DNA of 37,836 nucleotides from a virus: UHGV virus genome UHGV-0166071; one strand, 5' to 3'. Shown piece by piece: positions 1 to 8,469 of this stretch (position 1 is its first letter; each line of letters starts with the position of its first letter). The notes under the pieces were generated by a model. It saw only the letters and a program-made list of their open reading frames with translations, ran no database searches and was not told where the DNA came from. The position numbers and the translations under genes were made by a program.

Positions 1-144
1 GCAAGCACCTTAAAATCACCATCATACACTAAATCAGTAAGTTGGCAGCATTACCCAAAAATTCTGTCGCTCTACTTTTTCGCGGATATTCTTTTCTGAA
101 TAATGTAGTCATTTCTTACCGCCCTTTCGGGCGGCCTCCTGACA

Positions 145-357
145 TTAATCGTTGTGATAACTCATAGCTTCATTTGCAGCATCAACTGGATCAACATCCC
201 ACCAGCAATAATTTGGGTCGGCTCCTTCAGGTGTCCACGGCTCTAATTCATTTTTTGCCGCATTCTCATCGCCAGTAATTTTAAAAATCTGCTCAGAAAA
301 TTTCCTCACCCACTCGTTATATTTTTCCGCATTAATGGTTTTCTGTGTATTTAACAT
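145..357 (-). CDS. hypothetical protein (70 aa)
   Basis: ORF from the six-frame track; a GC hairpin (121-136) lies just downstream of its stop; no recognisable family. Confidence 0.35.
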   Translation of the reverse strand: MLNTQKTINAEKYNEWVRKFSEQIFKITGDENAAKNELEPWTPEGADPNYCWWDVDPVDAANEAMSYHND

Positions 358-407
358 AGATATACCTCCAGTTAAGGATTTGATTTTATTTACAGTGCTA
401 AATTTAA

Positions 408-887
408 TTATTCAGTTCTGGATTTTGTCGCCCTGCGTATCCGCGCTTTCGCGTTACGCTCAATCTGAATTAACTTTTCTATATTTTTCCGTCTTTCCTG
501 TTCCTCCTGGCGCAATAGCCTTACATCATCTGCCAGTCTGGTTTCTCTTTTCGCCACAGAGAGCATCCAGTCAAACGGCTCCACAACTGCACCGCAGATT
601 TTACAGCGGACCTGACGCTCTTTTTCATCAACCCGGACAGAAGCGTGATGGCAATATGGTCTTTCCGATGGCTCATAAAGAAAATTAACCTGATTACGTG
701 GGTCATCTTCTTTTACCGGAAATAAAACAATATTACTTAACTCATCTTCTGGTTTTATTTCCACGTCACTCTCCTTTGATGCGAATACCAGCAGCGCGGA
801 TAGATTTCCATTGTTCCCACATGCGGTTGAAGCCTGTTCCTGATAAGGTCGCGTTACGGTATCCAGTTTCGGTGCGCAATCCTTCAA
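408..887 (-). CDS. hypothetical zinc-ribbon protein (CHH...CxxC)
   Basis: ORF with a CHH...CKIC cysteine cluster. The first ATG overlaps the upstream gene by 122 nt; an in-frame GTG at 764 directly abutting the upstream stop would give 118 aa, so the start is uncertain. Sits where lambda has ea8.5. Confidence 0.4.
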   Translation of the reverse strand: MKDCAPKLDTVTRPYQEQASTACGNNGNLSALLVFASKESDVEIKPEDELSNIVLFPVKEDDPRNQVNFLYEPSERPYCHHASVRVDEKERQVRCKICGAVVEPFDWMLSVAKRETRLADDVRLLRQEEQERRKNIEKLIQIERNAKARIRRATKSRTE

Positions 888-1314
888 GCGTCGATTTGGA
901 AATACAAATTGAATGCATTACCCATGATTCAAACAAATCACGCTCCCGAGCTTCGCAACTTTGTTTACTCATCTCTTCAATGCATTGTTTAGCTTCTAAA
1001 TCAGCAATTCTGTCAACCACGGCATCGACAGCATCTGAAAAGCCGAACCAGTTGCTCCACTCCGGCCTGTTACCGGTTGCTGCAAAGTACATATCATCTA
1101 AAGCAGACTCAGCATGGTCACGCTCGTTAATGAGTTGCTCTTCGCTTTTCTCCAGTTCTGCAATACGCTTGTTTTGGGATTCCCGTTCATCCAGCAGCGC
1201 CAGCACAATCGATGGTGTTACCAGCTCATGGAAAAGGTCCGCATCAAATCCCCAGTCGTAATGCATTGCCTGCTCTGCCGCTTCACGCAGTGCCTGAGAG
1301 TTAATTTCGCTCAC
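766..1314 (-). CDS. ea22: Ea22-like early protein (182 aa), mosaic
   Basis: N-terminus MSEINSQALREAAEQAMH.. and C-terminus ..AGIRIKGE match lambda Ea22 as I recall it, with the same length; the middle differs. Confidence 0.6.
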   Translation of the reverse strand: MSEINSQALREAAEQAMHYDWGFDADLFHELVTPSIVLALLDERESQNKRIAELEKSEEQLINERDHAESALDDMYFAATGNRPEWSNWFGFSDAVDAVVDRIADLEAKQCIEEMSKQSCEARERDLFESWVMHSICISKSTLEGLRTETGYRNATLSGTGFNRMWEQWKSIRAAGIRIKGE

Positions 1315-1532
1315 TTCGAACCTCTCTGTTTACTGATAAGCTCCAGATCTTCCTGGCAACTTGCACAAGTCCGACAACCCTGAACAGCCAGGCGTCTTCG
1401 CTCATCTATCGGATCGCCACACTCACAACAATGAGTTGCGGATACAGTCTGGTAGTTCTGACGACGCATTTTTATTGCTGTATTGCGCTGTAATTCTTCA
1501 ATTTCTGATGCTGAATCAATGATGTCTGCCAT
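1311..1532 (-). CDS. DksA/TraR-family C4 zinc-finger protein
   Basis: 73 aa with CxxC(17)CxxC (CCECGDPID...CRTCASC), typical of phage TraR-like proteins; start overlaps the Ea22-like stop (ATGA). Confidence 0.7.
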   Translation of the reverse strand: MADIIDSASEIEELQRNTAIKMRRQNYQTVSATHCCECGDPIDERRRLAVQGCRTCASCQEDLELISKQRGSK

Positions 1533-1630
1533 CTTTCATTAATCCCTGAATTGTTGGTTAATACGCTTGAGGGTGAATGCGAATAATAAAAAAGGAGCCT
1601 GTAGCTCCATGATGATTTTGTTTTTCATGT

Positions 1631-1912
1631 TCACCGTTCCTTAAAGACGCCGTTTAACATGCCGATCGCCAGGCTTAAATGAGTCGGTGTGAATCCCATC
1701 AGCGTTACCGTTTCGCGGTGCTTCTTCAGTACGCTACGGCAAATGTCATCGACGTTTTTATCCGGAAACTGCTGTCTGGCTTTTTTGATTTCATAATTAG
1801 CCTGACAGGCAATACTGCGAAGGGCGTTTTCCTGCTGAGGTGTCACTGAACAAGTCCCATGTCGGCAAGCATAAGCACACAGAATATGAAGCCCGCTGCC
1901 AGAAAAATGCAT
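1631..1912 (-). CDS. hypothetical protein (93 aa)
   Basis: ORF in the position of lambda orf61; no confident similarity recalled. Confidence 0.4.
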   Translation of the reverse strand: MHFSGSGLHILCAYACRHGTCSVTPQQENALRSIACQANYEIKKARQQFPDKNVDDICRSVLKKHRETVTLMGFTPTHLSLAIGMLNGVFKER

Positions 1913-1922
1913 TCAGTGGTTG

Positions 1923-2114
1923 TCATACCTGGTCTCTCTCATCTGCTTCTGCTTTCGCCACCATCATTTCCAGCTTTTGTGAAAGGGATGTGGCTAACGT
2001 ATGAAATTCTTCGTCTGTTTCTACTGGTATTGGCACAAACCTGACTCCAATTTGAGCGAGGCTATGTGCCATCTCGATACTCGTTCTTAACTCAACGGGA
2101 GATGCTTTGTGCAT
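1923..2114 (-). CDS. lambda orf63-like protein
   Basis: 63 aa, [23 protein letters not shown].. matches lambda orf63 from memory; lies just left of orf60a and exo as in lambda. Confidence 0.55.
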   Translation of the reverse strand: MHKASPVELRTSIEMAHSLAQIGVRFVPIPVETDEEFHTLATSLSQKLEMMVAKAEADERDQV

Positions 2115-2269
2115 ACAGCCCCTCGTTTATTATTTATCTCCTCAGCCAGCCGCTGGGCTTTCAGTGGATTTTGGATAACAGAAAGGCCGGGAAATACCCA
2201 GCCTCGCTTTGTAACGGAGTAGACGAAAGTGATCGCGCCTACCCGGATATTATCGTGAGGATGCGTCAT
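2087..2269 (-). CDS. lambda orf60a-like protein (60 aa)
   Basis: [18 protein letters not shown].. ; start ATG overlaps the exo stop (ATGA at 2266-2269); the ORF track extends 2 codons further upstream. Confidence 0.55.
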   Translation of the reverse strand: MTHPHDNIRVGAITFVYSVTKRGWVFPGLSVIQNPLKAQRLAEEINNKRGAVCTKHLPLS

Positions 2270-2946
2270 CGCCATTGCTCCCCAAATACAAAACCAATTT
2301 CAGCCAGTGCCTCGTCCATTTTTTCGATGAACTCCGGCACCATCTCGTCAAAACCCGCCATGTACTTTTCATCCCGCTCAACCACGACATAATGCAGTCC
2401 TTCACGCTTCATACGCGGGTCATAGTTGGCAAAGTACCAGGCATCTTTTCGCGTCACCCACATGCTGTACTGCACCTGGGCCATGTAAGCCGATTTTATT
2501 GCCTCGAAACCACCGAGCCGGAATTTCATGAAATCCCGGGAGGTAAACGGGCATTTCAGTTCAAGGCCGTTGCCGTCACTGCATAAACCATCGGGAGAGC
2601 AGGCGGTGCGCATACTTTCGTCGCGATAGATGATCGGGGATTCAGTAACATTCACGCCGGAAGTGAATTCAAACAGGGTTCTGGCGTCGTTCTCGTACTG
2701 TTTTCCCCAGGCCAGCGCCTTAGCATTAACTTCCGGAGCCACACCGGTGCAAACCTCAGCCAGCAGGGTGTGGAAGTAGGACATTTTCATGTCAGGCCAC
2801 TTCTTTCCTGAGCGGGGCTTTGCTATCACGTTGTGAACTTCTGAAGCGGTGATGACGCCGAGCCGTAATTTGTGCCATGCATCATCCCCCTGTTCGACAG
2901 CTCTCACGTCGATCCCTGTACGCTGCAGGATAATGTCCGGTGTCAT
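2266..2946 (-). CDS. exo: lambda exonuclease (Red alpha), 226 aa
   Basis: Near-identical over its full length to lambda Exo as recalled ([48 protein letters not shown]). Confidence 0.96.
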   Translation of the reverse strand: MTPDIILQRTGIDVRAVEQGDDAWHKLRLGVITASEVHNVIAKPRSGKKWPDMKMSYFHTLLAEVCTGVAPEVNAKALAWGKQYENDARTLFEFTSGVNVTESPIIYRDESMRTACSPDGLCSDGNGLELKCPFTSRDFMKFRLGGFEAIKSAYMAQVQYSMWVTRKDAWYFANYDPRMKREGLHYVVVERDEKYMAGFDEMVPEFIEKMDEALAEIGFVFGEQWR

Positions 2947-3728
2947 GCTGCCACCTTCTGCTCAGTGGCTTTCTGTTTCAGGAATCCAAGAGCTTTCACT
3001 GCTTCGGCCTGTGTCAGTTCTGACGATGCGCGAATGTCGCGGCGAAATATCTGGGAACAGAGCGGCAATAAGTCGTCATCCCATGTTTTATCCAGGGCGA
3101 TCAGCAGAGTGTTAATCTCCTGCATGGTTTCATCGTTAACCGGAGTGATGTCGCGTTCTGGCTGACGTTCTGCAGTGTATGCGGTATTTTCGACAATGCG
3201 CTCGGCTTCATCCTTGTCATAGATACCAGCAAATCCGAAGGCCAGACGGGCACACTGAATCATGGCTTTATGCCGCAACATTCGTTTGGGATGCGACTGC
3301 CACGGTCCGGTGATTTCTCTGCCTTCGCGGGTTTTGAATGGTTCGCGGCGGCATTCATCCATCCATTCGGTAACGCAGATCGGATGATTACGGTCCTTGC
3401 GGTAAATCCGGCATGTACAGGATTCATTGTCCTGCTCAAAGTCCATGCCATCAAACTGCTGGTTTTCATTGATGATGCGGGACCAGCCATCAACGCCCAC
3501 CACCGGAACGATGCCGTTCTGCTTATCAGGGAAGGCGTAAATTTCTTTCGTCCACGGATTAAGGCCGTATTGGTTGGCGACGATCAGCAATGCGATGAAC
3601 TGCGCATCGCTGGCATCGCCTTTAAATGCTGTCTGGCGAAGAGTGGTGATCAGTTCCTGTGGGTCGACAGAATCCATGCCGACACGTTCAGCCAGCTTCC
3701 CTGCCAGCGTTGCGAGTGCTGTACTCAT
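2943..3728 (-). CDS. bet: Red beta single-strand annealing protein, 261 aa
   Basis: Matches lambda Bet as recalled ([66 protein letters not shown]..); overlaps the exo start by 4 nt. Confidence 0.96.
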   Translation of the reverse strand: MSTALATLAGKLAERVGMDSVDPQELITTLRQTAFKGDASDAQFIALLIVANQYGLNPWTKEIYAFPDKQNGIVPVVGVDGWSRIINENQQFDGMDFEQDNESCTCRIYRKDRNHPICVTEWMDECRREPFKTREGREITGPWQSHPKRMLRHKAMIQCARLAFGFAGIYDKDEAERIVENTAYTAERQPERDITPVNDETMQEINTLLIALDKTWDDDLLPLCSQIFRRDIRASSELTQAEAVKALGFLKQKATEQKVAA

Positions 3729-3733
3729 CCGTT

Positions 3734-4030
3734 TTATACCTCTGAATCAATATCAACCTGATGGTGAGCAATGGTTTCAACCATGTACCGGATGTGTTCT
3801 GCCATGCGCTCCTGAAACTCAACATCGTCATCAAACGCACGGGTAATGGCTTTTTTGCTGGCTCCGTGGCGTTGCAAATGATCGATGCATAGCGATTCAA
3901 ACAGGTGCTGGGGCAGGCCTTTTTCCATGTCGTCTGCCAGTTCTGCCTCTTTCTCTTCACGGGCGATCTGCTGGTAGTGACGCGCCCAGCTCTGAGCCTC
4001 AAGACGATCCTGAATGTAATAAGCGTTCAT
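3734..4030 (-). CDS. gam: Gam, RecBCD inhibitor (98-aa form)
   Basis: [21 protein letters not shown]...[10 protein letters not shown] matches the short (GamS) form of lambda Gam. Confidence 0.9.
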   Translation of the reverse strand: MNAYYIQDRLEAQSWARHYQQIAREEKEAELADDMEKGLPQHLFESLCIDHLQRHGASKKAITRAFDDDVEFQERMAEHIRYMVETIAHHQVDIDSEV

Positions 4031-4105
4031 GGCTGAACTCCTGAAAATGGCTGTGAAAATAGCGCCCGCGAAATGCCGGGCTGATTAGGAAAACAGGAAA
4101 GGGGG

Positions 4106-4249
4106 TTAGTGAATGCTTTTGCTTGATCTCAGTTTCAGTATTAATATCCATTTTTTATAAGCGTCGACGGCCTCACGAAACATCTTTTCATCGCCAATAA
4201 AAGTGGCGATAGTGAATTTAGTCTGGATAGCCATAAGTGTTTGATCCAT
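4106..4249 (-). CDS. kil: Kil host-killing protein (47 aa)
   Basis: [47 protein letters not shown] matches lambda Kil; the track ORF (4106-4375) extends upstream in frame and overlaps cIII. Confidence 0.8.
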   Translation of the reverse strand: MDQTLMAIQTKFTIATFIGDEKMFREAVDAYKKWILILKLRSSKSIH

Positions 4250-4382
4250 TTTTTGGGACTCCTGGCTGATTAAGTATGTCGATAAGGCGTTTCCATCCGT
4301 CACGTAATTTACGGGTGATTCGTTCAAGTAAAGATTCGGAAGGGCAGCCAGCAACAGGCCACCCTGCAATGGCATATTGCAT
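4218..4382 (-). CDS. cIII: CIII, FtsH inhibitor (54 aa)
   Basis: [54 protein letters not shown] matches lambda CIII; it is an internal start within the 78-aa track ORF. Confidence 0.85.
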   Translation of the reverse strand: MQYAIAGWPVAGCPSESLLERITRKLRDGWKRLIDILNQPGVPKNGSNTYGYPD

Positions 4383-4454
4383 GGTGTGCTCCTTATTTAT
4401 ACATAACGAAAAACGCCTCGAGTGAAGCGTTATTGGTATGCGGTAAAGCCGCAC

Positions 4455-4823
4455 TCAGGCGGCCTTGATAGTCATATCATCTGAATCAAATATTCCTGAT
4501 GTATCGATATCGGTAATTCTTATTCCTTCGCTACCATCCATTGGAGGCCATCCTTCCTGACCATTTCCATCATTCCAGTCGAACTCACACACAACACCAT
4601 ATGCATTTAAGTCGCTTGAAATTGCTATAAGCAGAGCATGTTGCGCCAGCATGATTAATACAGCATTTAATACAGAGCCGTGTTTATTGAGTCGGTATTC
4701 AGAGTCTGACCAGAAATTATTAATCTGGTGAAGTTTTTCCTCTGTCATTACGTCATGGTCGATTTCAATTTCAATTGATGCTTTCCAGTCGTAATCAATG
4801 ATGTATTTTTTGATGTTTGACAC
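4455..4823 (-). CDS. ea10: Ea10-like protein (122 aa)
   Basis: MSNIKKYIIDYDWKASIEIEIDHDVMTEEK.. matches lambda Ea10 from memory; same position and size. Confidence 0.8.
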   Translation of the reverse strand: MSNIKKYIIDYDWKASIEIEIDHDVMTEEKLHQINNFWSDSEYRLNKHGSVLNAVLIMLAQHALLIAISSDLNAYGVVCEFDWNDGNGQEGWPPMDGSEGIRITDIDTSGIFDSDDMTIKAA

Positions 4824-5005
4824 CTATTCATATCCTCATAGATAAAAAATCGCCCTCACACTGGAGGGCAAAGAAGATTTCCAATAATCAGAACAAATCG
4901 GCTCCTGTTTAGTTACGAGCGACATTGCTCCGTGTATTCACTCGTTGGAATGAATACACAGTGCAGTGTTTATTCTGTTATTTATGCCAAAAATAAAGGC
5001 CACTA

Positions 5006-5206
5006 TCAGGCAGCCTTGTTATTCTGTTTACCAAGTTCTCTGGCAATCATTGCCGTAGTTCGTATTGCCCATTTATCGACATATTTCCCATCCTCCATTA
5101 CAGGAAACATTTCTTCAGGCTTAACCATGCATTCCGATTGCAGCTTGCATCCATTGCATCGCTTGAATTGTCCACACCATTGATTCTTATCAATAGTCGT
5201 AGTCAT
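5006..5206 (-). CDS. ral: Ral restriction-alleviation protein (66 aa)
   Basis: MTTTIDKNQWCGQFKRCNGCKLQSECMVKPEEMFPVMEDGKYVDKWAIRTTAMIARELGKQNNKAA matches lambda Ral. Confidence 0.85.
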   Translation of the reverse strand: MTTTIDKNQWCGQFKRCNGCKLQSECMVKPEEMFPVMEDGKYVDKWAIRTTAMIARELGKQNNKAA

Positions 5207-5276
5207 ACGGATAGTCCTGGTATTGTTCCATCACATCCTGCGGATGCTCTTCGAACTCTTCAAATTCTTCTTCCAT
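5190..5276 (-). CDS. orf28-like acidic micro-protein (28 aa)
   Basis: MEEEFEEFEEHPQDVMEQYQDYPYDYDY read from the minus strand; overlaps the ral start by 17 nt, as the lambda orf28 annotation does. Confidence 0.45.
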   Translation of the reverse strand: MEEEFEEFEEHPQDVMEQYQDYPYDYDY

Positions 5277-5284
5277 ATATCACC

Positions 5285-5611
5285 TCAAATAAGTGGTTTG
5301 CTGCCTAATTTCATTTTCTGGCGACCAACACAAGTCACACCCATTTCACTGCGTGGCTTGCTGTACCATGTGCGCTGATTCTTGCGCTCAATACGTTGCA
5401 GGTTGCTTTCAATCTGTTCGTGGTATTCAGACAGCACTGTAAGGTCTATCGGATTCAGTGCGCTTTCTACTCGTGATTTCGGTTTGCGATTCAGCGAGAG
5501 AATAGGGCGGTTAACTGGTTTTGCGCTTACCCCAACCAACAGGGGATTTGCTGCTTTCCATTGAGCCTGTTTCTCTGCGCGACGTTCGCGGCGGCGTGTT
5601 TGTGCATCCAT
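5285..5611 (-). CDS. N: N transcription antiterminator (108 aa)
   Basis: MDAQTRRRERRAEKQAQWKAANPLLVGVSAKPVNRPILSLNRKPKSRVESALNPIDLTVL.. matches lambda N with a divergent C-terminus; the track ORF (to 5662) includes an upstream in-frame ATG that I judge unlikely. Confidence 0.85.
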   Translation of the reverse strand: MDAQTRRRERRAEKQAQWKAANPLLVGVSAKPVNRPILSLNRKPKSRVESALNPIDLTVLSEYHEQIESNLQRIERKNQRTWYSKPRSEMGVTCVGRQKMKLGSKPLI

Positions 5612-5783
5612 CTTTATTCTCCTGTCAGTTAGCTTTGGTGGTGTGGTAGGTGGGAGACCCATTTCGACCTGCTTCGGCCGACTTCAATTCGGCAATAGTT
5701 CCGCAGGCCTCGCCGCTTTACGTGCGACATATTCCCATCCATGAACCCTTCACCACACCCCAAAGCCTTCTGCTTTGAATGCT

Positions 5784-5813
5784 GCCCTTCTTCAGGGCTT
5801 AATTTTTAAGAGC
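5784..5813 (-). promoter_or_regulatory. nutL: nutL (boxA GCTCTTAAAAATTAA, boxB GCCCTGAAGAAGGGC)
   Basis: Minus-strand reading gives AGGCTCTTAAAAATTAAGCCCTGAAGAAGGGCAGC, the lambda nutL boxA/boxB arrangement with a perfect boxB stem, about 175 nt upstream of the N start. Confidence 0.75.
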
Positions 5814-5859
5814 CTCACCTTCATGGTGGTCAGTGCGTCCTGCTGATGGGTAAACTTTA

Positions 5860-5925
5860 TCGAAATGATAAATTAATGGCAATAGCAAAATGATAAATTT
5901 CTTTGATTTTAAAATATCATATTGA
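5860..5925 (-). promoter_or_regulatory. putative oL/pL region with repeated operator motif
   Basis: Two identical AAATGATAAATT copies (5863-5874, 5888-5899) and a variant (5912-5923); on the minus strand TTGCCA-17nt-TAAAGT promoter-like hexamers overlap them; located upstream of nutL and N. Confidence 0.45.
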
Positions 5926-6080
5926 TTTTCATGGTGTTTTATTTTTGTTGCAGGAATTCGACAGGAGAAATGAAGAGGCTTGAGGGAGATCTGGATTGCG
6001 TGGTTTAGCAAGTTGTATTTATCAATTTTTCACTAAATACAATTGGTTATGTGTTTTTAGGTGGGGCGATCGTGAGGCAA

Positions 6081-6104
6081 AGAAAACCCGGCGCTGAGGC
6101 CGGG
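6081..6104 (-). terminator. intrinsic terminator downstream of the peptidase gene
   Basis: Minus-strand CCCGGC-ctcagc-GCCGGG hairpin followed by TTTTCT, about 30 nt after the stop at 6135. Confidence 0.6.
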
Positions 6105-6134
6105 TTGTGAGGAATTAATTACAGAGCAAAGAGA

Positions 6135-7136
6135 TCATGCATTAGGTTGCTGTTCATCTGGTGGTTGAATTGATACGGCTCCAATTCCTTCTTGATCTCG
6201 TTCAGGTGTTGTTCCGCTTTTTTTGCCAGATCGTGACCTTCTTGGATCTGGCTTTCCAACATCTTGTTGAGAATTTCCATCTCCGGTTGCAGATTCTTCG
6301 GCATTAGCTTTTTCCTCTTTTTGTAGATACGTTGTACAATCAATAACCCTCGGCTTTCCAAATGTTGGAATGTCACCATTATGAATTTTGTCACAGAAAA
6401 GATTATAGAGTATTTCTGTTATACCTTTAGGATGCTCAACACACTTGAAAAGTTCCTTGGCTTCTTTTCTGTCGATAACAAATCCATGTGAAGGATATGA
6501 GGCTATTAGTTTGCCTAACGCCCCTTCTTTTAGGCTGCTTGGTTTGTCTGCTAATCGTTGGCCATAAGTGATAGCTATACTCATTGCGCGCTGATGTTCA
6601 CCAAGCTTTATTGGATCTATCTGTGCGGCCATAGGTGCTATCAACGCTTCTGTAAGTCTGGTCGCGATATCAGCAGACATTTTGGTACTTATCTGATTTT
6701 CGTATCTTATCTTAACAAGGTGTGAGTTAAACGCTGAAATAGAGCGTTCCTTTAGAGCATCAAGAGCTGTCATGATAGCTAAACCAGAACTCATCTCACC
6801 TATTTCATCGTTTTTTTTCAGTTGGATATCTAATGGCCCAAGCTCCCCCATGTCACCAATAACAAGTTTATTGGCTGCTATAGCTATTAGTGTACCAGCA
6901 CTTTTGCATGGTCCAACAACTAAAAGTGTTACCGTTTCATAATGGTGCTGTAGAGCTCTACCTATACGATAACCTGCATTTGGATCACCGCCATAAGTAG
7001 CAACACAGAAGATAACATTCTCTTTTAATCCATGTTGTGACTTACGTTTCTTGATTTCATTGGTGAGATCAAGATAACCATCACGATGAATATCGCCTGT
7101 ATACACATAAACATCATGATTTTCAATAGAATTCAT
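6135..7136 (-). CDS. ClpP/S49-fold serine peptidase-like protein (SDH-type), 333 aa
   Basis: Motifs VATYGGDPNAGYRIGRALQ and VVGPCKSAGTLIAIAANKLVIGDMGELGPLDIQ resemble the nucleophile region of ClpP/SppA-type peptidases; A/T-rich third codon positions throughout; occupies the rexAB slot between pL and the repressor gene. Confidence 0.65.
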   Translation of the reverse strand: MNSIENHDVYVYTGDIHRDGYLDLTNEIKKRKSQHGLKENVIFCVATYGGDPNAGYRIGRALQHHYETVTLLVVGPCKSAGTLIAIAANKLVIGDMGELGPLDIQLKKNDEIGEMSSGLAIMTALDALKERSISAFNSHLVKIRYENQISTKMSADIATRLTEALIAPMAAQIDPIKLGEHQRAMSIAITYGQRLADKPSSLKEGALGKLIASYPSHGFVIDRKEAKELFKCVEHPKGITEILYNLFCDKIHNGDIPTFGKPRVIDCTTYLQKEEKANAEESATGDGNSQQDVGKPDPRRSRSGKKSGTTPERDQEGIGAVSIQPPDEQQPNA

Positions 7137-7302
7137 TCGTTAAACTCCCTGCTGTGGTTACGATGAATGTATTCATGTTGAAGCTAAGCCATAGCGGCTT
7201 GTCATCATCACCAATCTGGCGGAATTGACTGTTCATAAATCACAATTGGAATTACCCAAACGTCTCTTCAGGCCACTGGCTACCAGCTATGTGACGATGA
7301 AG

Positions 7303-8007
7303 TCACGAATTTTTCAGCCACTCCCTTGCCTCGATGTCATCCAGATGGCGAGATTGCTTCAGAATACCAGCCACATACTCCACCTTTGCTACTTGATGAT
7401 AAGGCAACGTTATTGGCCTGTGGTCCTGGTTAATGCTTGTAAATTGGTATTCTCCATCTCTGTCATAGCCAAGAACCTTAATCATGTTGTGTCCTTCAAC
7501 GGTTCTGACAAACACCTCATCACCCGGGAATACTTTGGTGTTAGGCTCAATGAGTACATATTCTCCTGATTTTATTCTGGGCCACATGCTGTCTCCTTTC
7601 ACACGAAGACCAAAGGCATCTGGATCATCGCTATAAATTTTGAGCCACCCATCGCGCTCTTCGGTCATCTCGATGGCACCATCAACACCAAGAATTGCCT
7701 CACCAACCACGCGCACTAACCCTTTTCTTACCTGACCTACAAAAGTTAAAGAATCTGAGCATGATGCAATTGGTGTTACATCATGTACCAAATCAAGCCA
7801 CCCATTAGGTAACCCAAGTGCAGCTTCAAATTTTCTTGCTAGTTTATCCCCTATGTTTCGAGTGCTTTTTTCACCGGAGACTTGCGTGAGTTGAGAAGGG
7901 CTAACCCCAAGCTTATCGGCAAAGCTTGCATTAGTGTTACCCGCGATTTTTTTATGCTCATCTAGCAAAAACGCCAGATTCGATTTGCGAATATCTTTGT
8001 TTTCCAT
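7303..8007 (-). CDS. CI-like prophage repressor (HTH plus S24 LexA-like peptidase domain), 234 aa
   Basis: N-terminal HTH (SFADKLGVSPSQLTQV), C-terminal S24-type region (RVKGDSMWPRIKSGEYVLIEP..); divergent from the Cro-like gene across an operator-rich spacer. Confidence 0.85.
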   Translation of the reverse strand: MENKDIRKSNLAFLLDEHKKIAGNTNASFADKLGVSPSQLTQVSGEKSTRNIGDKLARKFEAALGLPNGWLDLVHDVTPIASCSDSLTFVGQVRKGLVRVVGEAILGVDGAIEMTEERDGWLKIYSDDPDAFGLRVKGDSMWPRIKSGEYVLIEPNTKVFPGDEVFVRTVEGHNMIKVLGYDRDGEYQFTSINQDHRPITLPYHQVAKVEYVAGILKQSRHLDDIEAREWLKNS

Positions 8008-8029
8008 CTCACAATTCTCCCTCTATTTA

Positions 8030-8112
8030 GCAAATGGATAAATACGCAATATGATAAATTTACATTGCAGTTGATTTATCAAAATGGTAAAGTTATTCTG
8101 TATGATAAACGG
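8030..8112. promoter_or_regulatory. oR-type operator/divergent promoter region (pRM/pR)
   Basis: ATGATAAAT-type motifs at 8032-8043, 8049-8060, 8072-8083 (inverted) and 8101-8112; candidate pR TTGATT-17nt-TATTCT; GGAGG Shine-Dalgarno before the Cro-like ATG at 8121. Confidence 0.5.
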
Positions 8113-8120
8113 AGGCACTA

Positions 8121-8354
8121 ATGAGTAATGAACTACTACGCTGGCGAAAAGAGGCTTCTAGTGAGGAATGGAAGCGACTCGCCGCATTAGCGAAAACTTC
8201 AGTTGGCTATCTTGACCAGATTGCATATGGATTTCGAAGAGCTTCCCCTGATAAAGCGAATGCAATCGAAGAAGCTACTCGTAATTTCACGGCTTATAAA
8301 CCCGTGAAAAAGGAAAACCTAGTGTTCGTATCGCGTAGAGCATCAGCAGCATAA
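8121..8354 (+). CDS. Cro-like regulator (YdaS/DUF1019-like HTH), 77 aa
   Basis: First gene rightward of the operators; ..KANAIEEATR.. resembles YdaS-family Cro-like proteins (assignment from memory). Confidence 0.7.
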   Translation: MSNELLRWRKEASSEEWKRLAALAKTSVGYLDQIAYGFRRASPDKANAIEEATRNFTAYKPVKKENLVFVSRRASAA

Positions 8355-8361
8355 ATAACCC

Positions 8362-8393
8362 CGCTCTTACACATTCCAGCCCTGAAAAAGGGC
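8362..8393 (+). promoter_or_regulatory. nutR: nutR (boxA CGCTCTTACACATTCCA, boxB GCCCTGAAAAAGGGC)
   Basis: CGCTCTTACACATTCCAGCCCTGAAAAAGGGCA matches lambda nutR as recalled, directly after the Cro-like stop. Confidence 0.8.
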
Positions 8394-8469
8394 ATTACCA
8401 GAAACAAATCTCTATGGTTTTGCGTTTCTTTGCGAAGCCAACTCTATCTAATCATTAAGGAAATTATCT

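Noticed and set aside
3270-3761. 163-aa plus-strand ORF inside bet
   Set aside because: Antisense to a gene that matches lambda Bet over its full length; shadow ORF.
4932-5183. 83-aa plus-strand ORF opposite ral, in the position where sieB might be expected
   Set aside because: It overlaps ral almost entirely in antisense and does not resemble SieB; a membrane-like reading of AT-rich antisense sequence.
6119-6394. 91-aa alternative-frame ORF overlapping the 3' end of the peptidase-like gene, suggesting a frameshift or second gene
   Set aside because: Third codon positions in the 333-aa frame remain A/T-rich through to its stop, like the rest of the gene, whereas the alternative frame has G/C-rich third positions. 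The long open alternative frame is best explained as a by-product of the codon bias.
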